This document shows, one piece after another, positions 48,515 to 55,483 of a stretch of DNA of 55,483 nt. The DNA is from Gemmatimonadaceae bacterium (lineage in GTDB: Bacteria > Gemmatimonadota > Gemmatimonadetes > Gemmatimonadales > Gemmatimonadaceae). The translations under genes and the position numbers were made by a program. Position 1 is the first letter of the stretch; each line of letters starts with the position of its first letter. The stretch covers positions 1 to 55,483 of the forward strand of contig DATNAM010000161.1 of NCBI GenBank assembly GCA_035572595.1, in the 5' to 3' direction. The notes below the pieces were generated by a model, which was given only the letters and a program-made list of their open reading frames with translations, was not told where the DNA came from and made no database searches.

Positions 48515-48721
48515 GGCGGTGTCCCCACGGAAAAATGTCGATAGTCGTGATTCGTGGGCGCAATATGCGCAGGCAACGGGCGCGTTCGCTGGCCATATTC
48601 GGACACGTCAACCGGCGTCGGAGTCGCCCATCGAATCGCTCTGCGCACGCGCTCGGATAGCGCCCACAGACATGTCCGAAAATGGCTAGTATCGACTGCA
48701 GGGCGGCGATAGGTTGACCCC

Positions 48722-50188
48722 ATGACGACAGACCTCGATGCACTCTATAATGCGTTCGCGTCGCACGACCCGCGCTTTGACGGTGTGTTCTACGTGGGCG
48801 TGACGTCGACGGGCATCTACTGCCGGCCGGTGTGCACGGCACGCACACCGAAGGCCGCGAACTGTCGATTCTTCGACAGCGCCGAGGCAGCCGAGAAGGC
48901 GAATTTCCGGCCGTGTCTCAGGTGCAGGCCGGAGCTGGCGCCTGGCAACGCGCCGGTGGACGATGCGCACCGGATCGCGAGCCTCATCGCGCATCGCATC
49001 GACGAAGGTATGCTGGACGATGGCGCCAGCCTCGAGACGATCGCGGTGCGATTCGGGTGGAGCTCGCGGCAGATCCGGCGGATGCTGCAGCGCGAGTTGG
49101 GCGTGTCGCCCATGGAGCTGGTGCTCACGCGGCGACTGCTCCTGGCGAAGCAGCTCCTCACCGAGACGACGCTGCCGATGGCGGAGGTTGCGTTCGCGAG
49201 CGGATTCGCGAGCGTGCGGCGGTTCAACGATGCGTTCAACGGCCGCTACGGGATACCGCCGACGCAATTCCGGAGGGCGACGCCCGACGCGCACGCGGCC
49301 GGATTGCCGGCCGAGTCGTTCACGCTGCGGTTGTCGTATCGTCCGCCCTTCGCGTGGGACGCGATGCTGGCGTTTCTCGCGGCGCGTGCGATGCGCGGCG
49401 TGGAGGCCATCGACGGCGATGCGTACCGGCGCACCGTTCGATTAGGCGAAAACACGGGGTGGATCGCGGTGCGGCACGCGCCCGAGCGGCACGGGCTCTC
49501 GGTAGAGCTCCCGCATTCGCTGACGCCGGTGCTGCCGGCGTTGCTGGGCCGCCTCCGGCACCTGTTCGATCTGAGCGCGCGGCCGGACGTGATCGCGGCG
49601 CAGTTGTCTCGCGATCCGGTGTTGGCGGCGTCGGTGGCACGGCAGCCGGGGCTTCGCGTGCCGGGCGCGTTCGACGGGTTCGAGCTGGCGGTGCGCGCGA
49701 TTCTGGGGCAGCAGATCACGGTGCAGGCGGCGACGACGATCGCCGGGCGCTTCGCGGCTGCGTTAGGCGAGCGCGTGGCTACGCCGCTCGCGGAGCTGGA
49801 CCGTCTCGCGCCGTCCGCGGAGAAGGTGGCGCGCGTGCCGGTGGACGACCTGGCGGCGCTCGGCATCGTGCGCACGCGGGCGGAGAGTATCAGGGCGGTG
49901 GCGCGCGAGATGGCGGCGGGGCGATTGGTGCTGGAGCCTGGGGCGCAGCCCGACGAGACGATCGCGCGCCTGACGGCGCTGCCGGGCATCGGTCCGTGGA
50001 CGGCGCAGTACATCGCGATGCGCGCCACGCGCTGGCCGGACGCCTTCCCGAAGGAAGACGTCGCGGCGCGCAAAGCGTTAGGCGGCGTGAGCGCGGCCGC
50101 CGCGGAGGCGGCGTCGCAGGGGTGGCGTCCGTGGCGGAGCTACGCTTTGCTGCACCTGTGGCAGACCGCCGCACGATCGCGATCGTGA
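48722..50188 (+). CDS. Ada N-terminal (zinc methyl-acceptor) + AraC HTH + AlkA DNA-3-methyladenine glycosylase II fusion
   Basis: Has the Cys4 site YCRPVC...RPCLRC, an AraC-type HTH region, and the HhH-GPD segment LPGIGPWTAQYIAMRA followed by an Asp. Confidence 0.88.
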   Translation: MTTDLDALYNAFASHDPRFDGVFYVGVTSTGIYCRPVCTARTPKAANCRFFDSAEAAEKANFRPCLRCRPELAPGNAPVDDAHRIASLIAHRIDEGMLDDGASLETIAVRFGWSSRQIRRMLQRELGVSPMELVLTRRLLLAKQLLTETTLPMAEVAFASGFASVRRFNDAFNGRYGIPPTQFRRATPDAHAAGLPAESFTLRLSYRPPFAWDAMLAFLAARAMRGVEAIDGDAYRRTVRLGENTGWIAVRHAPERHGLSVELPHSLTPVLPALLGRLRHLFDLSARPDVIAAQLSRDPVLAASVARQPGLRVPGAFDGFELAVRAILGQQITVQAATTIAGRFAAALGERVATPLAELDRLAPSAEKVARVPVDDLAALGIVRTRAESIRAVAREMAAGRLVLEPGAQPDETIARLTALPGIGPWTAQYIAMRATRWPDAFPKEDVAARKALGGVSAAAAEAASQGWRPWRSYALLHLWQTAARSRS

Positions 50189-50211
50189 GGCGGTCTGCCC
50201 GCAGGCGGCGG

Positions 50212-53200
50212 TCAGCAGCCTGGGGTGGACTTGGCCGCCGCCGGCGCGTGCACTTCGGACAGCGAGTGCCGGCCGAACACGGCGTCGAGCGCGGCAAGGT
50301 CGGTGGTCGTTAGGCGGCGGGCCGCGGCGTCCACGGTTGCCAGGTCCTTGCATACCGAGTCGGTGCCGGCCAGCGATGATGCGGTGGGTGCCATGTCGCC
50401 GTTGTCCTGCGCTTCCAGGCGTTGCACCAGCGTTCCGTTCACGCGGACGTAGTTTGGCGCCGGGGGAGCGCCGCGACCGAACCGGAATCCGCGTCCGCCC
50501 TCCGGATTGCCGGCCACGCTGTCCACCTTCGCGTCGAAGGCTTTCACCGCGTCGGCAACATCGGCGGGCGCGGACGCACCAGCCGCCTTGTCCGCTTCGG
50601 CGCGCACGCCGGCGAGCGCATGGTAGCCCGACCAGGCGTCCGTTAGGCCGTGATAGAGGCGCATCAGGAGCGAGTTCTGGGCGCGCAGGGCGGCGGCGGT
50701 GGCGGGCGACCGCGGGTCGTTCCGGATCGTCGCGGTCTGCGTGTAGACGGTGCCGTTGACCGTCAGCTTGAGCGTGTAGACGCCCGGCAGCGCCATCGGC
50801 CCTTCAGGGGAGGCTGGCGTTAGGCCCGGATTGGCGTTGATCTCGTACGTGTGGTCGAAGGCCGGCGGCGCGTCGTACCGCAGATCCCAATTGATGCGAT
50901 TGAGACCGACGGCGGTCGGCATCGGCTGCGGCTTGGCGAGCCAGAAGTTAGGCTCGGGCGGCTCGGCGGCTTCCTCCGCCGGCTTGATCGCGGCGCTGGA
51001 CACGTGACGTACCACGGTGCCGGCGGCGTCGACCACGTCGAGCGTGATGTCGCCACGCGGCGCGGAGGCGAGCGAGTAGTAGATGATGAGCCCGTCGGGC
51101 GGATTGAGCATGTGCGGCACTTCGGGCGGGAACGGCGTGTCCGCGCCGTCGTTGCGGCGCACGCGTACGGCGCCGTCGGGCTTGAACAAGTGCACCGGCG
51201 CGGACACGATGGCCGGCGTGAGTTGTTGGAGCACCGCGTAATCGTCGAGCACCCAGATGCCGCGACCGTACGTCCCGACGATGAGGTCGGAGCCATGGAA
51301 CGTGATGTCGCGATAGGACGTGTTCGGCAGATTGAGCTCGAGCGACTGCCAGTGATCGCCGTCGTCGAACGACACGTACATGCCGCTCTCGGTGCCGGCG
51401 AACAACAAGCCGGCGCGCTTGGGGTCGTTGCGGATCACGTGCGCGAAGCTGCCGCTCGGCTGCCCGGTGGGGAGGCCGGTGACGATTTTGGTCCAGGTTT
51501 TTCCGTAATCGCGCGTGCGATACAGATACGGCATGTCGTCGCCGAGGTTGTGCTCGTCGACGGCCACGTAGGCCTCGGCGGCGTTCTCGTGCGACGCGTC
51601 GATGGCGACGATGTCGGCGCGGGCTGCGTTAGGCAGGGCGGCGATCGAGACGTCGGACCACGTCTTGCCGTTGTCGCGGGTGACGCGGATGAGGCCGTTG
51701 TTGGTGCCCACCCAGATCGTGCCCGCGGCAACGGACGACGGCGCGATCGTCTCGATGACGCCGCCGTTAGGCGGGCCCGGGGGACCGCCGCGCGACGGCG
51801 GCGCCGGCGCCGTTGGCTCCTGGCCATGCGGTACGCCCAGGTCGCCGCCAAGTTTCGCCCAGTGCGCGCCGCCGTCGGTCGTGGCCATGAGATACTGGAA
51901 CCCCGTCAACAGCTCGTGCTGGTTCCACGGCGCCCACACCAGCGGCTGCGTGGATGTCGTGCGAAGCTTGAGCGCCGGATCCTGCGCCGGACTGATGTTG
52001 ATCCACTGCTCGCTCGGATACGTGATCTTCACGATGCCGTTTCCGCTCGCGTACACCGTGTCCGGGTGCAGCGGATCGGGGACGATGGTCCCCCATTCCC
52101 AACTCGGCACCGGGCTCCAGTCGAGCGGCGTGATCGCGCCCATGTTGCCGCGATTGCGCGTGCGTACCGCGCCGGCGTCCTGCTGCGTGGCGTAAATCCA
52201 GAAGGGGAACGACGCGTCGGTCGAGATGTGATAGACCTGCTCGGTGGACTGATTGTACCACAAGCTCCACGTCTGGCCGCCGTCAAGCGTGACGGTGGCG
52301 CCCTGATCGAGGCCCATCAGCATGCGCTTTCCGTTAGTCGGATCGATCCACAGCTGTTGCGGGTCATCGCCGCCCGGCGCGCCCTTGAAGCCGGTGAACG
52401 TGTTGCCGCCGTCGGTCGAGATGTAGCTCGACGTATTGACAGTGTAGACGATGTCCGGATTCTCGGGATCGACGTACACGCCGCAGTTGTAGCCGCCCTG
52501 TCCGTTGGCCACGCGGTGGTCGGCGGAGTCCATCTGGCGCCAGGATGACCCGCCGTCGTCGGAGCGATAGAGACCGGCGTTGTCGATCAGGAAGACGCGC
52601 TGCCCGCTCGTGTGCGCGGCGACGGCGATGGACGTGCGCCCGAAGAGGCGCGGCAGTCCGCCGCCGGTGATCTCGTGCCACGTTAGGCCTTCGTCGGTCG
52701 ACTTGTAGAGCGCGGTGCCGGTGGGTCCGGACGCGGGTGCGCCGCCGCGGCGCTGAATGGCGCCCGGCGCGGAGTAGTGCCGGTCCGTGGTCGCGAACAC
52801 GATCTGCGGGTCGTCGAACGCGCTGGCGAGCTTCTCGACGCCGGTCGAATCGTCGGTGACCAGCGTGCGCGTCCAGGTGGCGCCGCCATCGGCGGTGCGG
52901 AAGACGCCGCGCGCGGCGCTCAGGTGGTGCAGGTCGCCCTGCGCGGCCGCGAGCACCACGTTGGGATCGTGCGGATCGACGATGAGCGACGGGATCTGTT
53001 TCGTGGAGTCGAGGCCGATGTGCCGCCACGTTAGGCCGGCGTCGCTCGACCGGTACATGCCGTCGCCCTGATTGAGCGAACCGCCGGTGGGCATGTCGCC
53101 CGTGCCGGCGTACACGACGTTGGCGTCGGACGGGGCGACGCTGATCGAGCCGACGGAGGCGACGCTCTTGATCGAGTCGAACACCGGGAACCACGTGGTG

Positions 53201-53448
53201 CCGGCGCTCGTGGTTTTCCAGATGCCGCCTTCGGGCATGCCGGCGTAGAACACGCCGGGCTGTCCGATGGCGCCGGTGACGGACGCGATACGTCCGGCGC
53301 GCAGCGGTCCGACGTTGCGCCAGACGAGTCCGTGGTAGAAGGCCGGGTCGATGGGTCCCTCGGGGGCGGACGCAAAGCGAGGAACGAAGAGGCCGAGGAC
53401 CGCCAGCGAGGCGGCCGTCAGCCACGAGGGGGTGCGAAGCGATGTCAT
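50212..53448 (-). CDS. Sortilin/VPS10-like BNR (Asp-box) repeat protein, secreted (paralog of 1831-5004)
   Basis: Its Asp-boxes include SSDAGLTW, TADGGATW, STDEGLTW, SDDGGSSW, STDGGNTF, TTDGGAHW, TRDNGKTW, TRDYGKTW and SFDDGDHW. The signal peptide is MTSLRTPSWLTAASLAVLGLFV. Confidence 0.88.
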   Translation of the reverse strand: MTSLRTPSWLTAASLAVLGLFVPRFASAPEGPIDPAFYHGLVWRNVGPLRAGRIASVTGAIGQPGVFYAGMPEGGIWKTTSAGTTWFPVFDSIKSVASVGSISVAPSDANVVYAGTGDMPTGGSLNQGDGMYRSSDAGLTWRHIGLDSTKQIPSLIVDPHDPNVVLAAAQGDLHHLSAARGVFRTADGGATWTRTLVTDDSTGVEKLASAFDDPQIVFATTDRHYSAPGAIQRRGGAPASGPTGTALYKSTDEGLTWHEITGGGLPRLFGRTSIAVAAHTSGQRVFLIDNAGLYRSDDGGSSWRQMDSADHRVANGQGGYNCGVYVDPENPDIVYTVNTSSYISTDGGNTFTGFKGAPGGDDPQQLWIDPTNGKRMLMGLDQGATVTLDGGQTWSLWYNQSTEQVYHISTDASFPFWIYATQQDAGAVRTRNRGNMGAITPLDWSPVPSWEWGTIVPDPLHPDTVYASGNGIVKITYPSEQWINISPAQDPALKLRTTSTQPLVWAPWNQHELLTGFQYLMATTDGGAHWAKLGGDLGVPHGQEPTAPAPPSRGGPPGPPNGGVIETIAPSSVAAGTIWVGTNNGLIRVTRDNGKTWSDVSIAALPNAARADIVAIDASHENAAEAYVAVDEHNLGDDMPYLYRTRDYGKTWTKIVTGLPTGQPSGSFAHVIRNDPKRAGLLFAGTESGMYVSFDDGDHWQSLELNLPNTSYRDITFHGSDLIVGTYGRGIWVLDDYAVLQQLTPAIVSAPVHLFKPDGAVRVRRNDGADTPFPPEVPHMLNPPDGLIIYYSLASAPRGDITLDVVDAAGTVVRHVSSAAIKPAEEAAEPPEPNFWLAKPQPMPTAVGLNRINWDLRYDAPPAFDHTYEINANPGLTPASPEGPMALPGVYTLKLTVNGTVYTQTATIRNDPRSPATAAALRAQNSLLMRLYHGLTDAWSGYHALAGVRAEADKAAGASAPADVADAVKAFDAKVDSVAGNPEGGRGFRFGRGAPPAPNYVRVNGTLVQRLEAQDNGDMAPTASSLAGTDSVCKDLATVDAAARRLTTTDLAALDAVFGRHSLSEVHAPAAAKSTPGC

Positions 53449-53589
53449 GGTCGAGGTCCGGGGAAGTGCGAGCGAGAATCGTGCGCCGAGTATGTACGGG
53501 TGACACGCCGCGTGGCAAGCCGCTCCGAATGACTCGGCGGCGCGTCATCAGCCATTGTCGCGTAGCACAAACGAAGTACATTGTAACAC

Positions 53590-53889
53590 ATGAGGGACAT
53601 GCACCTGACGCTTCGCCTGTCGCGCGACCTCGCGCGTGCCGTGGCGCGCTGGGCGCGCGCGCACGGTGTGGCAAAATCGCAGGTGGTTCGGGACGCTGTC
53701 GCGAGCTACGTCGGCATGGCGTCTTCGACGGCCGCGTCGGCCGAGCTCGGCGCAGCGATGACGGCGCGGGTGGTCGCGGCCCGGTGGTCCGCGCTGCCGC
53801 ATCTCTCGGCCGAGGAAGCGGGCGGACTGGCGGGCGGCATCGCCGCGAGCCGGACGAGCCTGCCTCAGGTGACGCCGCCGTGGGAGTGA
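53590..53889 (+). CDS. vapB: Ribbon-helix-helix (CopG/VapB-like) antitoxin
   Basis: Has the RHH pattern HLTLRLSRDLARAVARWARAHGVAKSQVVRDAV. Its stop overlaps the PIN gene start (TGATG). The start may be ATG 53599, which follows GAGGG. Confidence 0.7.
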   Translation: MRDMHLTLRLSRDLARAVARWARAHGVAKSQVVRDAVASYVGMASSTAASAELGAAMTARVVAARWSALPHLSAEEAGGLAGGIAASRTSLPQVTPPWE

Positions 53890-54311
53890 TGCTCGACACG
53901 TCGGTCATCATCGCCGGCGAGCGCGGCACGCTTCGCCTCGAGGCCATGCTCGAGTCGCTCGGCGACGAGGCGGTCGCGATCGCGGCCATCACGGCATCGG
54001 AGCTCCTGCATGGCGCACATCGCGGCGCGGACGCCGGCGTGCGTGCGCGTCGCGCCGCCTTCGCCGAGGCGGTGCTCGACCTCGTGCCCGTGTTGCCGTT
54101 TGGTCTCGCGGAGGCGAGGCGGCACGCGCAGTTGTGGGCCGAGTTGTTGGCGGCGGGGGCGATGATCGGACCGCAGGCGCTCTTGGTCGGGGCCACGGCG
54201 CTAGCGCGGGGGTACGGCGTCGCGACAATGAGTCAGCGCGAGTTCGAGCGCGTCGCGGGGCTGCGGGTGGTGCCGGTGTCGCCGTTTCTCGCCCGAGCCG
54301 CCGTCCGTTAG
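53889..54311 (+). CDS. vapC: PIN-domain toxin (VapC-like)
   Basis: Has the N-terminal acidic site MLDTSVII and the segment ITASELLHG. It is 140 aa and coupled to the upstream RHH gene. Confidence 0.75.
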   Translation: MLDTSVIIAGERGTLRLEAMLESLGDEAVAIAAITASELLHGAHRGADAGVRARRAAFAEAVLDLVPVLPFGLAEARRHAQLWAELLAAGAMIGPQALLVGATALARGYGVATMSQREFERVAGLRVVPVSPFLARAAVR

Positions 54312-54384
54312 GCGCGGCCGGCCCGGGTCATGTCTGCGATCGCTCAGGGATGGTGAGGAAGCCCATCGAGCCGCCTCGGTTCCG

Positions 54385-55116
54385 TTAGGACACCAGCCGA
54401 TATACGGAGATGTGCCTCGTGCTCTCGGACCCGAACGGTGCCCGCGCCCAATCCGCCCACCGATGCTCGAGGCGCAGTCCCGCGATCCGCGCCATGAGGT
54501 CCATCTCCGACGGCCAGACGTAGCGCAACGTGGCCGGGTAGAGGCGCACCCCGTGCTCCGTTAGGACAATATGTTGGCTCGTCACGCGCTGCTGCGCCAG
54601 ATCCAGCTGCGAGGCATCGATCCGCACCGTGTCCGTCTCCACGCCGATCACCCGCAGCGTCTGGCTCGAGACGAAGCGCGAGAGGTCGGGCACGAAGGCC
54701 TCGATCACGAAGTGGCCGCCGGGCGTCAAGTGGCGTGCGACATTCTCCATGCAGCGGATCTGCTCGTCCTGCGTGAGCGTCGCGAAGAAGGTATTGAACG
54801 CGACGAACGCGAGCGCGAAGCGCCCGTCCACCGCGAAATCAGCGAACGTGGCCATCGTGACGGGAACCTCGGCGCCGCCGGGTTTGGCGCGCAGCTTGGC
54901 GACCATTGCCGGCGACGCATCGATCCCGTGCACCGACACGCCCCGCTCGCGCAACGGAAGCGCGATGCGACCGGTGCCGATGCCGAGCTCCAGCGCGGGG
55001 CCGCCACGCGCCAGCTCGGCGAGCACATCGATGCAGCGTTCATCGTGCGCGGCGTACCACGAGTCGTAGATGTCGGCGATGCGCTCGCCGTATGTGTCCG
55101 CGGAGTAGTCGTGCAT
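54385..55116 (-). CDS. Class I SAM-dependent methyltransferase
   Basis: Has motif I ALELGIGTGRIALPL. I took the start at MHDYSADTYG (ATG 55116) and rejected the ORF-track extension to 55338. Confidence 0.82.
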   Translation of the reverse strand: MHDYSADTYGERIADIYDSWYAAHDERCIDVLAELARGGPALELGIGTGRIALPLRERGVSVHGIDASPAMVAKLRAKPGGAEVPVTMATFADFAVDGRFALAFVAFNTFFATLTQDEQIRCMENVARHLTPGGHFVIEAFVPDLSRFVSSQTLRVIGVETDTVRIDASQLDLAQQRVTSQHIVLTEHGVRLYPATLRYVWPSEMDLMARIAGLRLEHRWADWARAPFGSESTRHISVYRLVS

Positions 55117-55301
55117 GGCAGTCTCGGAGGGAAAGAACGCGCGAACGTACAGTAGCGTCTGGTCGCAATGTCGTGCGACGTGTACGCGAGAGCAAGCAAC
55201 GTGTTTGGCAGTCGGGACACGCTGGCGATTTGGAACGTGGAACCGGATATTCGGCGCATACCCGGCGTCATTCGTGTCGTGAACCTTTGCGCGGGGGACC
55301 A

Positions 55302-55483
55302 ATGCGCGCAGCGTGGAAAGGAGTCGGCGTCGCAGCATCGTTAGGGGCGTTTCTCCTGGGACAATTGGCGATCGCCCAATCGTCGCACGCGATTACGGTC
55401 GCGGGGTACGGGTCGGTGGATTTCCCGACGTCGACGCGGTCGGCAGTCGCCCAACGGGAATTCTCGCGCGGCGTCCTGCTGCT
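55302..55483 (+). CDS. 5' end of a secreted protein gene (partial, runs off the window)
   Basis: My own translation is MRAAWKGVGVAASLGAFLLGQLAIAQSSHAITVAGYGSVDFPTSTRSAVAQREFSRGVLLL, which is signal-peptide-like. It is not in the ORF track because no stop codon is reached. Confidence 0.4.
   Translation, partial: MRAAWKGVGVAASLGAFLLGQLAIAQSSHAITVAGYGSVDFPTSTRSAVAQREFSRGVLL

Overview
This is a 55.5-kb, high-GC bacterial chromosomal segment (roughly 65-70% G+C by eye, not computed) that is densely coding, with about 57 CDS. The gene content looks like a soil Gemmatimonadota/Acidobacteriota-type organism; that is an inference from content only. It includes a SusC/SusD outer-membrane pair next to a secreted S51 (cyanophycinase-like) peptidase and two orphan duplicated MacB/FtsX-type (ADOP) permeases. 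It also has two paralogous ~1100-aa sortilin/BNR-repeat proteins, three ECF sigma factors (two paired with membrane Ser/Thr kinases carrying TPR domains) and several DinB-family proteins. DNA-repair genes are numerous: Ku, LigD, SMUG1-type UDG, Ogt, an AdaA-AlkA fusion, an HNH nuclease and RNase D. Housekeeping genes include thiC, yhbY, a 7Fe ferredoxin and a DUF59 Fe-S assembly protein. A VapBC-like toxin-antitoxin pair sits near the 3' end. I found no rRNA, tRNA, CRISPR array, transposase or integrase. The most striking signal is not a gene. The heptamer GTTAGGC/GCCTAAC occurs about 87 times by my manual scan, about one copy per 640 bp against roughly 5-6 expected from base composition. It lies on both strands, mostly inside genes, and forces rare TTA/CTA/AAC-type codons. 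It supplies the stop codon of at least 8 genes, forms 8-bp inverted pairs exactly between two convergent gene pairs, and sits in the loop of a terminator. This behaviour resembles a DNA-uptake-sequence or other genome-wide architectural motif and is the best candidate for an undescribed system. Secondary candidates are an HNH / two small membrane proteins / HExxH protein cluster, the ECF-sigma plus kinase modules, a G-quadruplex-prone repeat tract in the thiC leader, and an AT-rich perfect palindrome upstream of a PepSY gene. All coordinates and counts come from reading the sequence by eye and should be recomputed.
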